A model generated the notes under the pieces. That model made no database searches. It was given only the letters and a program-made list of their open reading frames with translations, and was not told where the DNA came from. This document shows, in pieces, positions 40,371 through 54,501 of a stretch of 64,000 nucleotides of DNA. The DNA is from Lytechinus pictus. Lineage: Eukaryota. The position numbers and the translations under genes were made by a program. The stretch covers positions 24,242,001 to 24,306,000 of the forward strand of contig NC_087260.1 in the NCBI RefSeq assembly GCF_037042905.1, read 5' to 3'. Within the stretch, counting starts at the first letter, position 1, and each line of letters begins with the position of its first letter.

Positions 40371-41489
40371 TAATCAAATATCAAAATCGATGAAAATGTT
40401 TGGTATGACCGGTACCTGGTTTATTAAGTCTCATATTGATCACTAAAGTAGTTTATTGCATTTTATAGACTTCCATTGATGTATATTTGTTTTTTATATT
40501 TGATTAAGCCTCACAAGTAATTTATTTTTATGTTTTATAACAGATAATGATCACTGAGTATTACAATTTAACTGTCAAATTGGCCACTAATTGTTTCATG
40601 ACTCGCTCAAGGTCATTTTCATAAAGGACATTCATGTGAAAATGATTTAGGATATATCTAGAAGCCGATATCATTGAACTTGTTACGACTCTCATCTGTA
40701 AACTAAGGGCAGAAGTATTTAAGGCCTGTTTGGGATAATGTTTTACAGCAGAGCTGACATAAATACTGTGATTACCTTTTAGACCACTGAGTTCTGACTC
40801 CCACTGTATGATCAGTATATTGTAGTTTATTCCAAAGCAGTTTCCATAAATGTGTATTTCTATTGGATTTTTAAGTTTTATTTATTTTCTTTGAAAGAGA
40901 CAGTGAATACAAATTGGGCATCTACACACAATAATTTACATCTGAATAGTTTGCGAATTTAATGGTTAGGCCTTTTGAATTCTAGATTTAAACCTTATTT
41001 TGCCTGAAATAAATATAATGGCAACAATTCAGACACTCTTCACCTGTTCATTCCACCCTCACAATTATAAATCCACCAAAGTCTTACATTGTATACATGT
41101 AGGCATAGGGACTATATACTGCATACAAAGGGAGCTCAAGAGGCGTGTAACACCAATGTAAACGAATGGTGGTCCAATTGGCAGTGACCATGAACATAAA
41201 CACCTAAATACCTTCCATGGTCAATGTAATGGGGGTGCATTCCAAGTATTTCCTCCCCACATAAATTGGCCTGCATTACGGCAGTCTTCGTTCCTCTACG
41301 TTATGTATGCAGTGAATTAGGGAAGTCTGACTAGCAGTGTACATGCATGTACATAGGTACATTTGAAGTCAATTTGATGAATGTTTTGAACAGTGGAATG
41401 CTAGATAGTATATTAACTTGAGACAAACGCAACAATACAGGACTTACCTGTATACTGTAGTTGGTTTTGTAAAGAGTTTGGCCCACAGA

Positions 41490-42043
41490 TACCCTTTTTA
41501 CACACGCTAAAATTTCCTTAACCCCGTACTATAGGTGGGGCTAAATTGCCATTTAGCCCCACCTATAGTACGGGGTTAAGCTTAGCCCACTTTCTTTTTA
41601 CACAGCATTTTTGCAAAGTGGGCTAACCCCACCTTTAGTACGGGATTATTTGGCCCTGCAAAAAAGCAGGGTTATCCCAGCAATTGCGGTGCTAAGAGCG
41701 ATAGTACGGGGTTAAGATCGCTAGTGTAAAACGAAAGTGGGCTAAGCTTAACCCCGTACTATAGGTGGGGGCTAAATGGCAATTTAGCCCCACCTATAGT
41801 ACGGGGTTAAGGAAATTTTAGCGTGTGTAAAAAGGTACGAGTGAAGTACTTGTACTACGAATGATCGACAAAAACCACTAGTCCGGGGTTAGCGAGTTTC
41901 GTGTGTGAAAAGCAAGCATTCCTTATCCGGGGATAGCGATAACAATTTGGCATGTGTGAAAAGGAAAAAAAATAGTACGGGGTTAAGGATAGTACGGGGT
42001 TAGCGATAGTCCGGGGTTAAGAAAATCCTGTGTAAAAAGGGTA
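41490..42043 (+). mobile_element. Nested-palindrome MITE, copy 1 (Academ-like ends)
   Basis: TIR taccctttttacaca / tgtgtaaaaagggta; AGA on both sides (3-bp TSD); two ~30-bp-stem hairpins; repeated tagtacggggttaag. Confidence 0.9.
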
Positions 42044-42095
42044 AGAGTTTATTTTCTTTTAAAAAGTCGATCATGATTGTATTGGTGCGTTATTG

Positions 42096-42242
42096 NNNNN
42101 NNNNNNNNNNNNNNNNNNNNNNNNNNNNNNNNNNNNNNNNNNNNNNNNNNNNNNNNNNNNNNNNNNNNNNNNNNNNNNNNNNNNNNNNNNNNNNNNNNNN
42201 NNNNNNNNNNNNNNNNNNNNNNNNNNNNNNNNNNNNNNNNNN
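42096..42242. other. Assembly gap
   Basis: N run followed by (ATG)n-like low-complexity sequence. Confidence 1.
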
Positions 42243-42307
42243 ATGATGATGGTGATGAAATGAGAATTATGATGATGAAGATCAAATGATATTGTGATAA
42301 TGATGAT

Positions 42308-42423
42308 TATGCTTTTCACACTACACATATTTTCCTTAACCCTGGGAAAAAAGAAAGTATGGGTTAAGGAGAGTCCGGGTTAAGGTTAGCATGGGGTTAA
42401 GGAAATGCAGTGTGAAAAGCATA
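42308..42423. mobile_element. Small relative of the 41490/44213 MITE family
   Basis: TIR tatgcttttcacact / agtgtgaaaagcata with gggttaagg repeats; no clear TSD. Confidence 0.65.
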
Positions 42424-43600
42424 TCTGTGGTGTAAGGTGAACATTACTACATAAGTATAATTACAATTCAGTGAGCTATTAATTATTGTTCATGCTCATG
42501 CCTATTAAATGGTGCAGAGCGCCAACCATAAGCTATTTATAATGAACACCAAGGCTGGCCTATCATTGTTAAGGTTAATGGACTCTCTAATTACAGGTTA
42601 GTGGTCTTTTTTTGTCATAAGTTGGGGTACATAAGACTTTATCTTGACATTGCATTTGGAATTTATACTTTTTATTTCTAAGCGAATAAAATAGGTCTAT
42701 ATGTTGGGAGTAATTTCAACACTGTTTTGTAGATCATGTATATAAGGAGGTAATCTGACTATTTGATAGAAATCAGCTGGACATACATTCACCTGGATAG
42801 TCTTTAAATGCAGACTTTGTTTTGTCAATGTTTGTTCAGGGAATGATTAGTGATTCCCTGGTTTGTTAGATGCAGTGATTGGTTCGATGCTGGGATCTAT
42901 TAAATACCAATCCAGCTTATTGGGTTAAAAAGTAATGACAATTTGAAAAAGAATTAACAGTTTTGCATATTTGTCCAAGCAGAAAATTAACTAGCTATGT
43001 TATCTTTCTGTTTGGTATTGGTATCTATTTTCTATTATGAAATGATATTGCATATTCTGCAGGCCTAATTATATAAAAGATCATTGTTTGGTGACGGTTT
43101 TTGCTAGGACATTGAGACAGTCAATTTTTTTTCAACTCGCTGGTTTGCATTGTAAATAATTCTTTTTGATAAAAAGTGTGTATTCAAAGACTAGTGCTCA
43201 GGTATTTTGTAGGATATTCCATTTGTTACTAGGGGTGGAAGGGATAGTTGAGAGTTGAAAATTGGTTATAAGATATCTTCGATTTACCTTACTTTGGCCA
43301 ACACAATTTTTTTTTAAGGGTTCATGCATATTTTGTTGATGTGAGGATATATTTAGCCATGTACCGAAGATTTTACATGTACAGTATCTAATCATTAATA
43401 TTTACCTCGGTTTTGTGGTTTGAAATTCCATTAAAAGGAAATCCTCTTTTTCTTTTTTATCACAAAAGCTTACTCACCTCTTTGTTGATTATTTTTCATG
43501 GTGATAATAATTGCTGCCAATCATACACCTTTCCAGAGATGATTATTATTTCATGGAAACGAGTTTAACTTGAAGGATATAGTCAATCACAGCTTAACTC

Positions 43601-43812
43601 TCTTGGGAGGAAATAGTTGAAAATAGAACCTGTTAGTTAGAACATGTTCATCTCATCAGTGTGAACAAATTACTATGTCCTATTGTACTAGACCCACATC
43701 TTCCTTAGTGCTTTAAGTTCTTGGGAGGAAATAGTTGAAAGTAGAACCTGGAATATTTATATAACTTGTTCAGCCAATTTTTTTGAACAAATTACCATAT
43801 TCCTTTTGTAAT
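43601..43812 (+). repeat. Diverged ~118-bp tandem duplication
   Basis: tcttgggaggaaatagttgaaa.tagaacctg at 43601 and 43719; tgaacaaattac in both. Confidence 0.75.
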
Positions 43813-44212
43813 CGGCCAAGCTCTATCCTATAGACCTTCTTTCTTAGATTTTAAAGGGAGAATCTAACCTTGGTATTAAATGGGGGGGGGGGGGGGTTTA
43901 AAGAAGAAAATCATGAAAACAATGATGAGTGTTTAAACAAATAAGACCTTCAATTAGAAAATATATTTCTTTGAATAATGAGATCAGATTGTAGTTGGTA
44001 AACTAGTTTGCAATTAGGTGAAGAGATTATGACAGTTGTTTTATTGTAAATTGTGAAACTAACTATGCAAATAATGATTTCATGCAGCCGGGTACATATC
44101 TATTCTATGAACACTTTCCCATGGTTTATGAATTATAATCACTGATTCTGTCTAAAAAAAAATCTCTTTTTTAAGCAGCACTGGTAATTCTGGTTAGAAT
44201 TTGCAACTCATT

Positions 44213-44765
44213 TACCCTTTTTACACAGGATTTTCTTAACCCCGGACTATCGCTAACCCCGTACTATCCTTAACCCCGTACTATTTTTTTTTCTTTTTAC
44301 ACATGCCAAATTGTTATTGCTAACCCCGGATAAGGAAAGCTTGCTTTTCACACACGAAACTCGCTAACCCCGGACTAGTGGTTTTTGTCGATCATTCGTA
44401 GTACAAGTACTTCACTCGTACCATTTAATACACGCTACTATTTCCTTAACCCCGTACTATAGGTGGGGCCAAATTGCCATTTAGCCCCACCTATAGTACG
44501 GGGTTAAGCTTAGCCCACTTTCGTTTTACACTAGCGATCTTAACCCCGTACTATCGCTCTTAGCACCGCAATTGCTGGGATAACCCTGCTTTTTTGCAGG
44601 GCCAAATAATCCCGTACTAAAGGTGGGGTTAGCCCACTTTGCAAAAATGCTGTGTAAAAAGAAAGTGGGCTAAGCTTAACCCCGTACTATAGGTGGGGCT
44701 AAATGGCAATTTAGCCCCACCTATAGTACGGGGTTAAGGAAATTTTAGCGTGTGTAAAAAGGGTA
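44213..44765 (-). mobile_element. Nested-palindrome MITE, copy 2 (inverted relative to copy 1)
   Basis: Reverse complement of 41490-42043; ATT on both sides (independent 3-bp TSD). Confidence 0.9.
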
Positions 44766-46840
44766 ATTGTGTATGATAATCTCATATGAACACATCTAGT
44801 ATTAAGACATCTTGTGTGAACACAGCTATGAAGACATCCAAGTAAGACACCACGGGTTGTCTGATATCTCCTTGGTCTGACACCTCGAACATCCATCACC
44901 ATATGATACATTACTACAGATACAGTGTGACATATCCCTGACTCTAAATCCTTCTCAAAGCAATCCAGTCCAATGACCTTTTGTTATCGAAACCTTCCAT
45001 CTAATTACCCTTCAGGTGTATGCATACATTTGTACCCTGGCATGGGTCTCATACTAACCCAAAGTTTTCTCCATATTTACACTTTCATCCTCCATCTAAA
45101 TAAATCTAATGCCCCCTTACCATTGAAATTCATTTTAATGTAATTATTATTAATAATGATAAATATAATAATGAGCTGGTGTTTATACAGCATATAATCA
45201 ATTAAACCTGCTGTGTGCACTTTACATATACAGCTGTCAAATTTTACACTACAACAAAGATAAGTTTTTCAATTTTTTTTTAAACGATTCTACTGAATTA
45301 TTAGAACGTAGATGAGTTGGCAGACTGTTCCACAATTTGGGATCTCAAAAATCAAAGATAGCCCCCCCTCCTTAAAAAAAACCTCTTGGAATGTGTAAGA
45401 GTGAAGTATACAATATAGACAAAATAAGATATTTTCTGCATTACGGATTCATTTGCTGTGATTATTTCCATTCCTGCATCCTGTTTTTAAGGATTCTTCC
45501 CTTCCCAACACGCTCCTGATGAAGTTGTGACTTTTTTACTTAGGTTTGAATGCCTTGCATGAAAACAGAAATCAATATTCCTCCATCCGTATGATGCGTA
45601 ACCATGGCGTCCCATCCAATTATCTTCATCTCCCCCAACCCATCTTCTATTCTTAGTTTTCAGTTGTTGGATTTTCTAAAATGTATTTTAGTAACCTGTG
45701 CTTATGAAGGAAATTCAGGTTATTGTATGTTGATATCCATCTTCATTTATTGCATAGCAATATGATGCCCTTCTTCTCTAGAATCAATTTATTACCATCT
45801 TCTATTCTGGCTTTACCCCCCTCGCCCCCTCGGACCGCATCACCCCAGTTCCCCTTGTATCGTTCTCCATCCTGCATCACTCATCCCAGCGATACATTAA
45901 CTCTTGGTATCCAGATGGTATGTTTGCCGGTAATCCCGCATCAACAAACGAGAGACGGCTCTAGTCCAAAAACCTTTCCCTGACCTCTCTATGCATCTCA
46001 ACCCGGCGCCCCGCATCCATTCCTCGTCTCCTCTCCTCCTTCCATCACCCCGTCCCATATCAACCCCATCTCCTGCATCATTTCATCTCATGCTCTCAAT
46101 TCAACCTTCCTCTACCTTTTTCAATATCTCCTCAAACAATTGGCACTTCCTCCTTTTCTCCATCACTTCTCGACCCCCCCTCACCTTTGCTATGCTCCTT
46201 CCTGCTTTCATATTCTCTCACCCAGTACATGATGTTGCGTATTGACTTATCACATAGCAACGAGAGAGTGGACATATGACCCAGAGCTAACTACATGTAC
46301 ATGTATGTCGGAGGGAGTATGCATATATGCACCTCCGTGATATGTAGCACCGGTTGCTGTTGTAATGGGTAATGGGGGAAACCTGTGTTTTGTTTGTATG
46401 TGTAGGCCTATGAGAAGGAGAAAAGGAGGAATTCTCGAATGGATGAATATGGCATGTATGGCTGGGAGATTAAAACCATTGCTAAAAAATCATCTCCCAT
46501 CACTATGCAGTCATTGCTCCTACTCTCTCTCTCTCTTTAAAAATAATTGAATTTTCGCTCAAATTGGAGTGAATTTAGAGTGAACATTAATAAAAGAACA
46601 AAAAATTAATACAAACTTCACTTGTTAAAATGTGAAATTCACTCAACAAGTTTTAAAGAGGGTAATTGTGATGAAGCACATGTGGAACAATTGTTATAAT
46701 GGTACTGCACTGAAATACCTGTTACAACTGTATTTCAAAACAAATTTCTTTGTCAATTTTTTTTGTCCATTTACGACCTTTCCATTGATAGTTTTTTCCA
46801 TGTTTGATTATCTTTTCTGGAAAGTAGTATTGCAATACAT

Positions 46841-47060
46841 AGGGTGTGTCGCAAGGAGATATTTTCGATCAATCGCAAATATTCTGTTGCAATTTTACAA
46901 TTGACAGATCACTTTTAACTGTAGCCAATCAGAATACACTCCTTGTTTCAAGAAGCAAAAAGCAATCAATCGCAAATTCGCAATTAATTGCAAGACTTAT
47001 AATTGATTTCAGGCCCTAAAATTGGCCTGCAATTTATTGCAAGTTTCTTGCAACACACCA
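46841..47060. mobile_element. Degenerate Harbinger-like MITE
   Basis: ggtgtgtcgcaagga / tcttgcaacacacc ends; central AGCCAATCAG; caatcgcaa repeats. Confidence 0.55.
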
Positions 47061-49238
47061 TTAATCTTAAAAAGAGGTTTTTTGTGATAATTGAGTAGTG
47101 ATGATAATTGAAATACATCCATTCTCTGTCTGAACATAACTGGCCTTGTGTTTAGATTTAGATTTAGAATTTCATATGTTCAGTCTGTGTTTACATTATA
47201 GATATAAGCAATGCGAGGTCACTGTGCTAGATAATGGAATGTCATCATCTCATCATGCAACAAGGCTCAAAGCAACGCTAGGCACATTTAGGGGTAACCT
47301 ATTCTATACCTACTTCCCAGTGTCACGGTTCGCACCACGATTGAAAAAAAAGGGTACTTAATTATGGAGTGATCGTAGTGATCTTATCAGATCAATTGAT
47401 TGCGTTGCAATCGTACGGTTTGTAGACATTTTTTGGATGGTTCACAAATTTTTGGGATCGGTTACAAAAGGCCAATTGTGGCTTTTGTAAAGGATTGCAT
47501 GACAGTGGAAGCGAGGTATTTCGAACTGTAGAATTACATGGGGGGGGGGGGGGAGTAACTGAGTAAGAGGTAGTTTCTTTAAATATATCCATTTGAAATA
47601 TGAAATATTGATAGTAACTCAATTCACTGTTGTAAAGGAGCTTCACTTGTTCAAAATATATTAAAGCTTGATTATATCCAGCCATCTTAATTCCAGACCT
47701 TTACAGTTTCTATGCTTTTACAGTTTAGGCTTACACAATTATTATTTTACATAGTGAAAATATTCAGTGCCATGTCAATGCCAGTTGGGGTGAAGTTGCT
47801 TTGAGCTTGAGTAAATTCTGAACCACTCAGGAAACATAATTTCTGCCGTGTCAAATTTGACTCCAAATGGTTCCAGTTGGGAGTTGAGTCCATTACAAGT
47901 TAAAGTGACTTATTCTGATTTAATTTGACTCTGAATGGTGTGAGAAATTCCGAAAATTCACTAAAGTTCTGAGTCAAAGTCACTTGTAAACAACTAGTCA
48001 CTTTGACTCTAAACAGCTGGAGTCACCAAAGATAAAATTGACTCTCATACTTTGCCTGACATAGCAAAAGGGGTTTCATTGACATTTCCATTGCTAGACA
48101 GGACCTTGAACATTCTCTTTGAAAACATCCGATGCAGATGCACATTCATGGCACATAGGGAAATTAAGTAGACTTCCTCACTCAAGAAAAGGAAATAACA
48201 TTGGCATTGAGGCAAGAAAGTCACATTCCTAATGGTGTCCTAAAAAAAGAGAGGAAGATAAAAGATAAGGTGTGCTTCGAAGATAGAGGTCACCTGTACT
48301 TCTGAAGATCCCGGTCTGTGGGTTGTTAGCATTTTAGGAAGCTCAAGTATCTTGCTAATGCATTCAGTATGGCTTAGTATCATCATGTTTGTTTGTATAA
48401 GATGCATGATGTGTCAATGTGAATCACGTCAGAAAATTAAGCGGACAGGGACGGCCGGGCCGTTCGGTGCGCCCGGTGCATTTTCTTAGAATTCCGGCAG
48501 ACATGTCTCGTTTGTCTCCTCTGTAGCTCCGTGCCTTGTTAGGGGTGTTTTTCCCTGATAGGAAGCGTGTTGATTTAGAATCATTGGTTAGCCACTTGGA
48601 GGGAACATTGAAATTGGCAATGTAAGATAAGATTAAGAATAAGCATGTACAAAAAATAGAACCCCTCAAAAATAAAGATATTTGATCATCCCTGCTGTAA
48701 CTTTACATTATGGCAAATCTCTTTTTTTTGCTTTGCCAAGGGGGGGGGGGGGGGCGTGTAGGGTAATTATCACTAATTTCATTTCTTTTCCCTTATGAAC
48801 ATAAATTAAATATTTCCCATGTGAAATCATAGGCTAAGTCTATCCCCAAAATATGTTCATTTGAAAATAAAGAAATAGATAGGAATAATCTCTTTAAAAA
48901 CAATTAGAGATCATCATTTGGACTGACTTCTTAATCCAGTTCTTAACCCCCCCTTTATCTCTAATTCACTCCCTACATCTTCTATATTTCATCCCATATT
49001 CTTTAAGAGGAATTGGTCATGTTTTGATGTGCTGTATGAGCTGTCCATTCTAATGATGTCCTTATCTTTCCCACTGATAATTGCTTCTGATTGAAAACAG
49101 TCTACGTCCTGTGTGAGAGGTTCTGGAAGAGATAGAGGATGCATCGCTTTTTATACTGTACTGAATATTTCATTCCCATTTCCACCATCTTGAAAATAAT
49201 ATATTGATGAGTCTATGGTATACTTCTTTCACTGTTAA

Positions 49239-49813
49239 AGGAGAATGAAACCTTTGGAACAAGATAGGTTGTGTGAAAACAGAAAAATCAAAGAAACAGA
49301 TCAACGAAAGTGTGAGAAAAATCAGACAAATAATGAGAAAGTTATGAGCATTTGAATATTGCGATCACTAATGCTATGGAGATCCTCCCATTGGCAATGT
49401 GACAAAGATGTGTGATGTCACTTGTGAACAACTCTCCCCATTACTTTAGTATATATTTCACTTAAACTGCCTCTTTTATCACATCTATCAGTAGATCATG
49501 TGTTCTTTCTACAGGAAAGCATGTAATACAGATTTCTAAAGAATATATCATGGATGAAGAGTTTGTATCAACATAAGAAAAAGAAAAAAGATACACTTTT
49601 GGGGTATTTTATAGTCCATCAAAGGGAAAGTTGTACACATGTGACATCACACATCCTTGTTGCATTACCAATGGGAGGATCTCCATAGCATTTAGTGATT
49701 GCAGTATTCAAATGCTCATAACTTTCTCATTATTTGTCCGATTTTTTTCAAACTTTCTTTGTTCTTATTCTTTGATTTTTCTGTTTCGACACAAGCCAAC
49801 TTGTTCCAAAGGT
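49239..49813. mobile_element. Kolobok-like MITE, family B, right TIR truncated
   Basis: TTAA + aggagaatgaaacc start; palindromic body like 31209-31788; ends ttgttccaaaggt without the final ttcattctcct. Confidence 0.82.
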
Positions 49814-52199
49814 ATAGTAAATGCAGTGGACAATAATTTCAAGAGAAAAGCTTTAAATCGCAATAATTTACCCTCAATCATGGATATAGCTCTACTCTTG
49901 TTAAGTTCTGACAGTAAATTTTGCATCAATATTTCCTTATATCTCAGCCATATGTAATTTTGTATGCCTACTTTTAATTCATAGCCAGGTTTTTATTTAG
50001 GCTCACTTTTGATACCAAATTTTAAAGTCTTCTGTCAAGCATTTTGCATTGCTAGAATTATTATATTCATGATCTATTTGTAACATTTAAGATGATGTTC
50101 GATGGCAACATCCTCCTATAGATCAGTGATGCCCTCCCACTGATGATGCTGTCATGTCGCCTTGGTGATAACACTGTCTGGGTTCCAGTGAGATGGGTTG
50201 GTTGGTAGGAGGATGGCATCCCTCTGTGATGTCCTCTATACACCAATTAATATATCTGCTAATTGAACTGGATACCTTGCATTGTTTGACTACACCTTGC
50301 TCTGATTTGATAATGTCATCTATCTCACTGTTGCTCTAGAGCAGACGTGAGACAAATGTCAAAGGTCGCGGAAGATGAACGCATATGGGTTTGGATGACC
50401 AGTGCGAAAAGAGCGATAGAGATGAGAATGGTTGGAAGATCAATACGACTGCTTCTTTCCTGATCGATTTTCTTTTGGTCAGCAAAGATCTTGACATGAA
50501 AGTATTTTGGGGTTAATTGCCCGATAATCAGCCAGGCAGAGAGGTGTTTCAAGTCCGTCCAGGGATGGCCAAACTTTGATGGGAAATGGGACGCAGAGTT
50601 TAATTAAGGTCGCTTGTGTGGATGCGACTGGTGTTTTGGCTGGTCAAAATTCTGTTAGAGGTGAGGAGACTTGGCCAGCTCAAATCTTGGTAGTGGGAAC
50701 AACTGAAATCTGGTAGATTTCGACTGACCGGGGGCTCACGTAAATCTTGATCTTGATAATAGTGATCATACAGTGTGCAGAATAGATATGATGCAAGTTG
50801 AAGGAGAGGTAAACAGTTATTTCATCCTGATAAATGTAAGGGAGAGAAAATATGTAAATGATAAGTTAACAAGGATAGGATTATGCTATGTATTCAAGAA
50901 TTGACTAAGGAAGATAAGATGGAGAAAACGATGGGTAATAAATAAGGAGTTGTAGAAGATGATTAAAATGATACTTATATATTAATAATTATGAAAGTTA
51001 TGTCAGAATGAAGAATGATGCTGGTTGGGGCTTCTTGTGTAACTCAAGATGTTGATGCCGATGGATACTAATAACTCTGGTAATGTTGAAGTCAATGGAC
51101 GTGTTGCTTTAACAAAAAATCATAATACTGCTTTCAATTATAGCCACTATATGCGCTTGTAATCTTGAATATCATAGAACTTCCCTCAACATTTTGTCAT
51201 ATCTCGAAATGTTATCCACATCGAAACCATCATCCCTTTCTAAGCCTCCGTTGAATCAATACGTGCAAGTCCTCCAAGATTTGAGCAAATCCTGTCTCTA
51301 CCTTCTTCTCTCAAAATTGGAACGTATCAGGTTGTATCAGAGGTATGTCATTTTGGAACGAGATTCCTCATTTTGTTTACGTGATCCTGAAGAAGAACAA
51401 GTTTATTTTCATTCGTATCAACTCCCAAGTTCCTGTCAGTTCGGCTTAGCAACATTGTTCTGCAAGTACTTCCAGGGGCTTTTAACACTGGGATTTTTGT
51501 CTTAATCCCATGCTATCTCAAGGTGCATGCGTCTTCTAGAGTGCTGTTCAGTGCATTTCAAGTTGAATCAGCTTCAGCTTAAATTTCAGATAATTATTAT
51601 AAAGTTGCAGAGTTTTCAGAAGATCCATGTATGATGTTCACCTCTACAATACAAAATATACCACTGAGTTCCCGTATAGTCCCAGATTCATTATATGTTT
51701 TATTTTTAGATGGTCAAAACTGTATAGTACCATTAATTAAGTTTCATCATCGAAGTTTCAATGCTAAATCTAGAGCTCCAACGCAAGATGCCAGCGCGAT
51801 TTTCCTGTGTGAACGTCTTTCTTTTCTCCAAGTTCCAGACGGTAGATTCTCTTTGGTAATATGATCGATGGAAGACATGCCAATTAGACTTTGTAATAAG
51901 ATGGCATGGCCTTTGTTCAGGTCATGGTCTTCATCTTTAGCTCTTGTCTTTTTTTCTTTTCATTTCTCTTTATTTTCCTCATCTCTTCCTCCAATGTTTT
52001 GATCCTATACCCTATCCTATCGGAGTATCCCTCTGTTGGTCTTAGCTTGTTATTTTCTTATCTTTATGCTGTTTTATTGATACCCCAAATTTCTTTTTCA
52101 TAAATTCCCCTCGTTCTCCCTTTGCCTCCATATATTTATTATCTGTCTATTTTCTTTCCCCTCTATTTTTTTCATTAAATTCATTTTGAAAAAATAAAA

Positions 52200-52575
52200 T
52201 TCTATCCACTTGCCAATTTCTGTCTTTGCTTCTTTTTTTTCTATCCACATTTCTCCTTCATCCTCATGTCATCTTAACTTCTTCCCCTACTTTCTTTCTC
52301 CCTCTCTCTCTCCAACTCATGTGTTCTCTATTCCGTTATTCTTGGTAGTCAGCAATATATTTTTTATTCAGGTGCTCTTCTTTCATCTGACCGTTTCTCT
52401 CCCCCCTCTCTCTCTCTTTCTCTTTTCTCTTTATGTATGTCTTGTGTGTTTCTCACGCACTCTCTCTTTTCACCCCTTTCTATCTCTGTTTCTCTTTCCA
52501 TCTATCTCTTTTCTCTTCCACTCACTCCCTATTTCTCTCTGCATCTCTCTACCCCCCCTTCTGTTGCTCTTCGAC
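52200..52575. repeat. CT-rich low-complexity tract
   Basis: Polypyrimidine and (CT)n composition. Confidence 0.7.
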
Positions 52576-53972
52576 TAGTACAGTAAGCCCTCTCAATCCC
52601 AGTCATGGCTATGCATGCGTTTGCCCTATGTCCGAGGGCAGGCTCCTGTTCAACCTGCTCTAAGTTTACCTGGAGGGAAAATACGATCGGAACGCTTTAA
52701 TTAAACCCTAACACTGTTACCGATACCCCATATAACTAGTGGCCTGTGATCTGTGAAACTCGGAGAACACGTTCTCTCGCTTTCATCAAGGAGCATCAAC
52801 ACCTTACACTCATTCATGCCCCCCCCCCCCCATGGAATTACAAACATTGCATCATCAGGCACTGCAGGTGTATAATAAGTGCTATGTAATGCTCTTGAGA
52901 GAGACAGTCAAAAATATTTCTCCAGGTAAAAGATTTTACGTTCCCGGTTGAAACAAAACATAATCTGAATAAAGTTCTTTAAAATTGCCTGAATAAAGTT
53001 GTTTTCTTCCCATCACCGAAAATGCATCCTCTCATATATTTTGGACTATTATTGTGTATAATAGAAGTAGTTTCAGTGTACTTACAAAATTGGTTTGAAA
53101 TCGCAATTTACGGTGTACTTGCCCATCAAATATTGTAACATATTGTTACATTGTCATTGGAAATCCATGCATACAAGTTGGCATCAGTTCTCCTATGTGA
53201 TTTTTTTTTTGTACATGTTGTACACCATTTCGGTCTTGTGTTGGGCATTTAAAATGCATCTTAAATGAAGCCGCTCTCAGTAGACCAATGCTTTACATGT
53301 CCTGCCCATCAATACTGACTATCTCATCAAATATCCAGTTGAAAACAAGGTTCAGAGGAAATCCAAGTCATGCAAGTGCCAATGTCACTTGTGAAGTAAG
53401 AGATGACATTCATGCCTCATTACACACTCAATCATGGCCATCATTCAGTCTGATAGCCCCTTTCACACTTGACATAAATGTATGTTTGCTATAGTCTGAA
53501 TGCTTTATGGTCATGCACCTCAATGTATGTGTAGCCCTTGTGTAAAAGCTGTCGTCATCTCTTCCCAGAGCATTTGCATGTACACTAGTTGCAACTAGAA
53601 GCATTGTGTTACTCTTGTCTTGACACCTCTTCAAGACTTAATTTTCTAAACAGTCCCATCCAACACTCTAACTATCTACAACTGAACTTGAAGGTCTTAG
53701 CATTAAAAAAGACATGACTGTGTTTGAGCAGATCCTCGTCATCTCGGTTGTAGCAAAGGATTCCTTGTGATTTCTTGATTCTACCCACACTCTTGATATC
53801 GTCCCCATGTACACTCCCTTCACACTCCATGTACTAGAATTTTATTCTCGCTGGCCTATCGTGGGTAGATGAATACATTGCTCTAGATAGTTAACATCCC
53901 ACCAGCTTAGCTATTCTAAAATGACTGTCGTAGTATAGTCCTATGTTCATGAATTGGATGAGTTCTATTAGA

Positions 53973-54118
53973 TGGGGCCCGTTGCAGAAAGAGTTGCGTT
54001 CAAATGCAACTAAAAAAATCAAGCTTAAGTCCCTCACGCACACAATTCATGGGTTGAAAGATGAGTTCTGTTTGATCTTTGGAGTTGCCTGTGATGCAAC
54101 TCTTTCTTTCACAGGATC
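53973..54118. mobile_element. Degenerate Harbinger-like MITE
   Basis: ggggcccgttgcagaaagagttgc / gcaactctttctttcacagg inverted ends. Confidence 0.55.
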
Positions 54119-54501
54119 TGTTTTTGATGACCACTGTTCACATGTCTCGTTCTGTCATACTTGTAATTGTAAACATGAAAATCAACCCACTAATTTCCCA
54201 ATTTTCTGAATTGTTGGAATCAGATGACATTTCTCATTACATTACAACCGACATTGTACGTGAATTTGGTCAGGTTAAAAGGTTTAATTTCAGATGTAGA
54301 TGGGGCATGATTTGATGATGTTTTGGGAGAGATGCCATCCCTTCTGTTCACTGGAATAGAAAAGACCCATCAGTCATAACCCAACATCAATCAAAATGTA
54401 CAATTATGATTTATGCCCTTAACTTATCCCATTCTTTCTCTATGTTCTTTTATTTCTTCCTCTTGTTTCCATTGCTGCACTTTTCAGCAGCAAATATGTT
54501 A

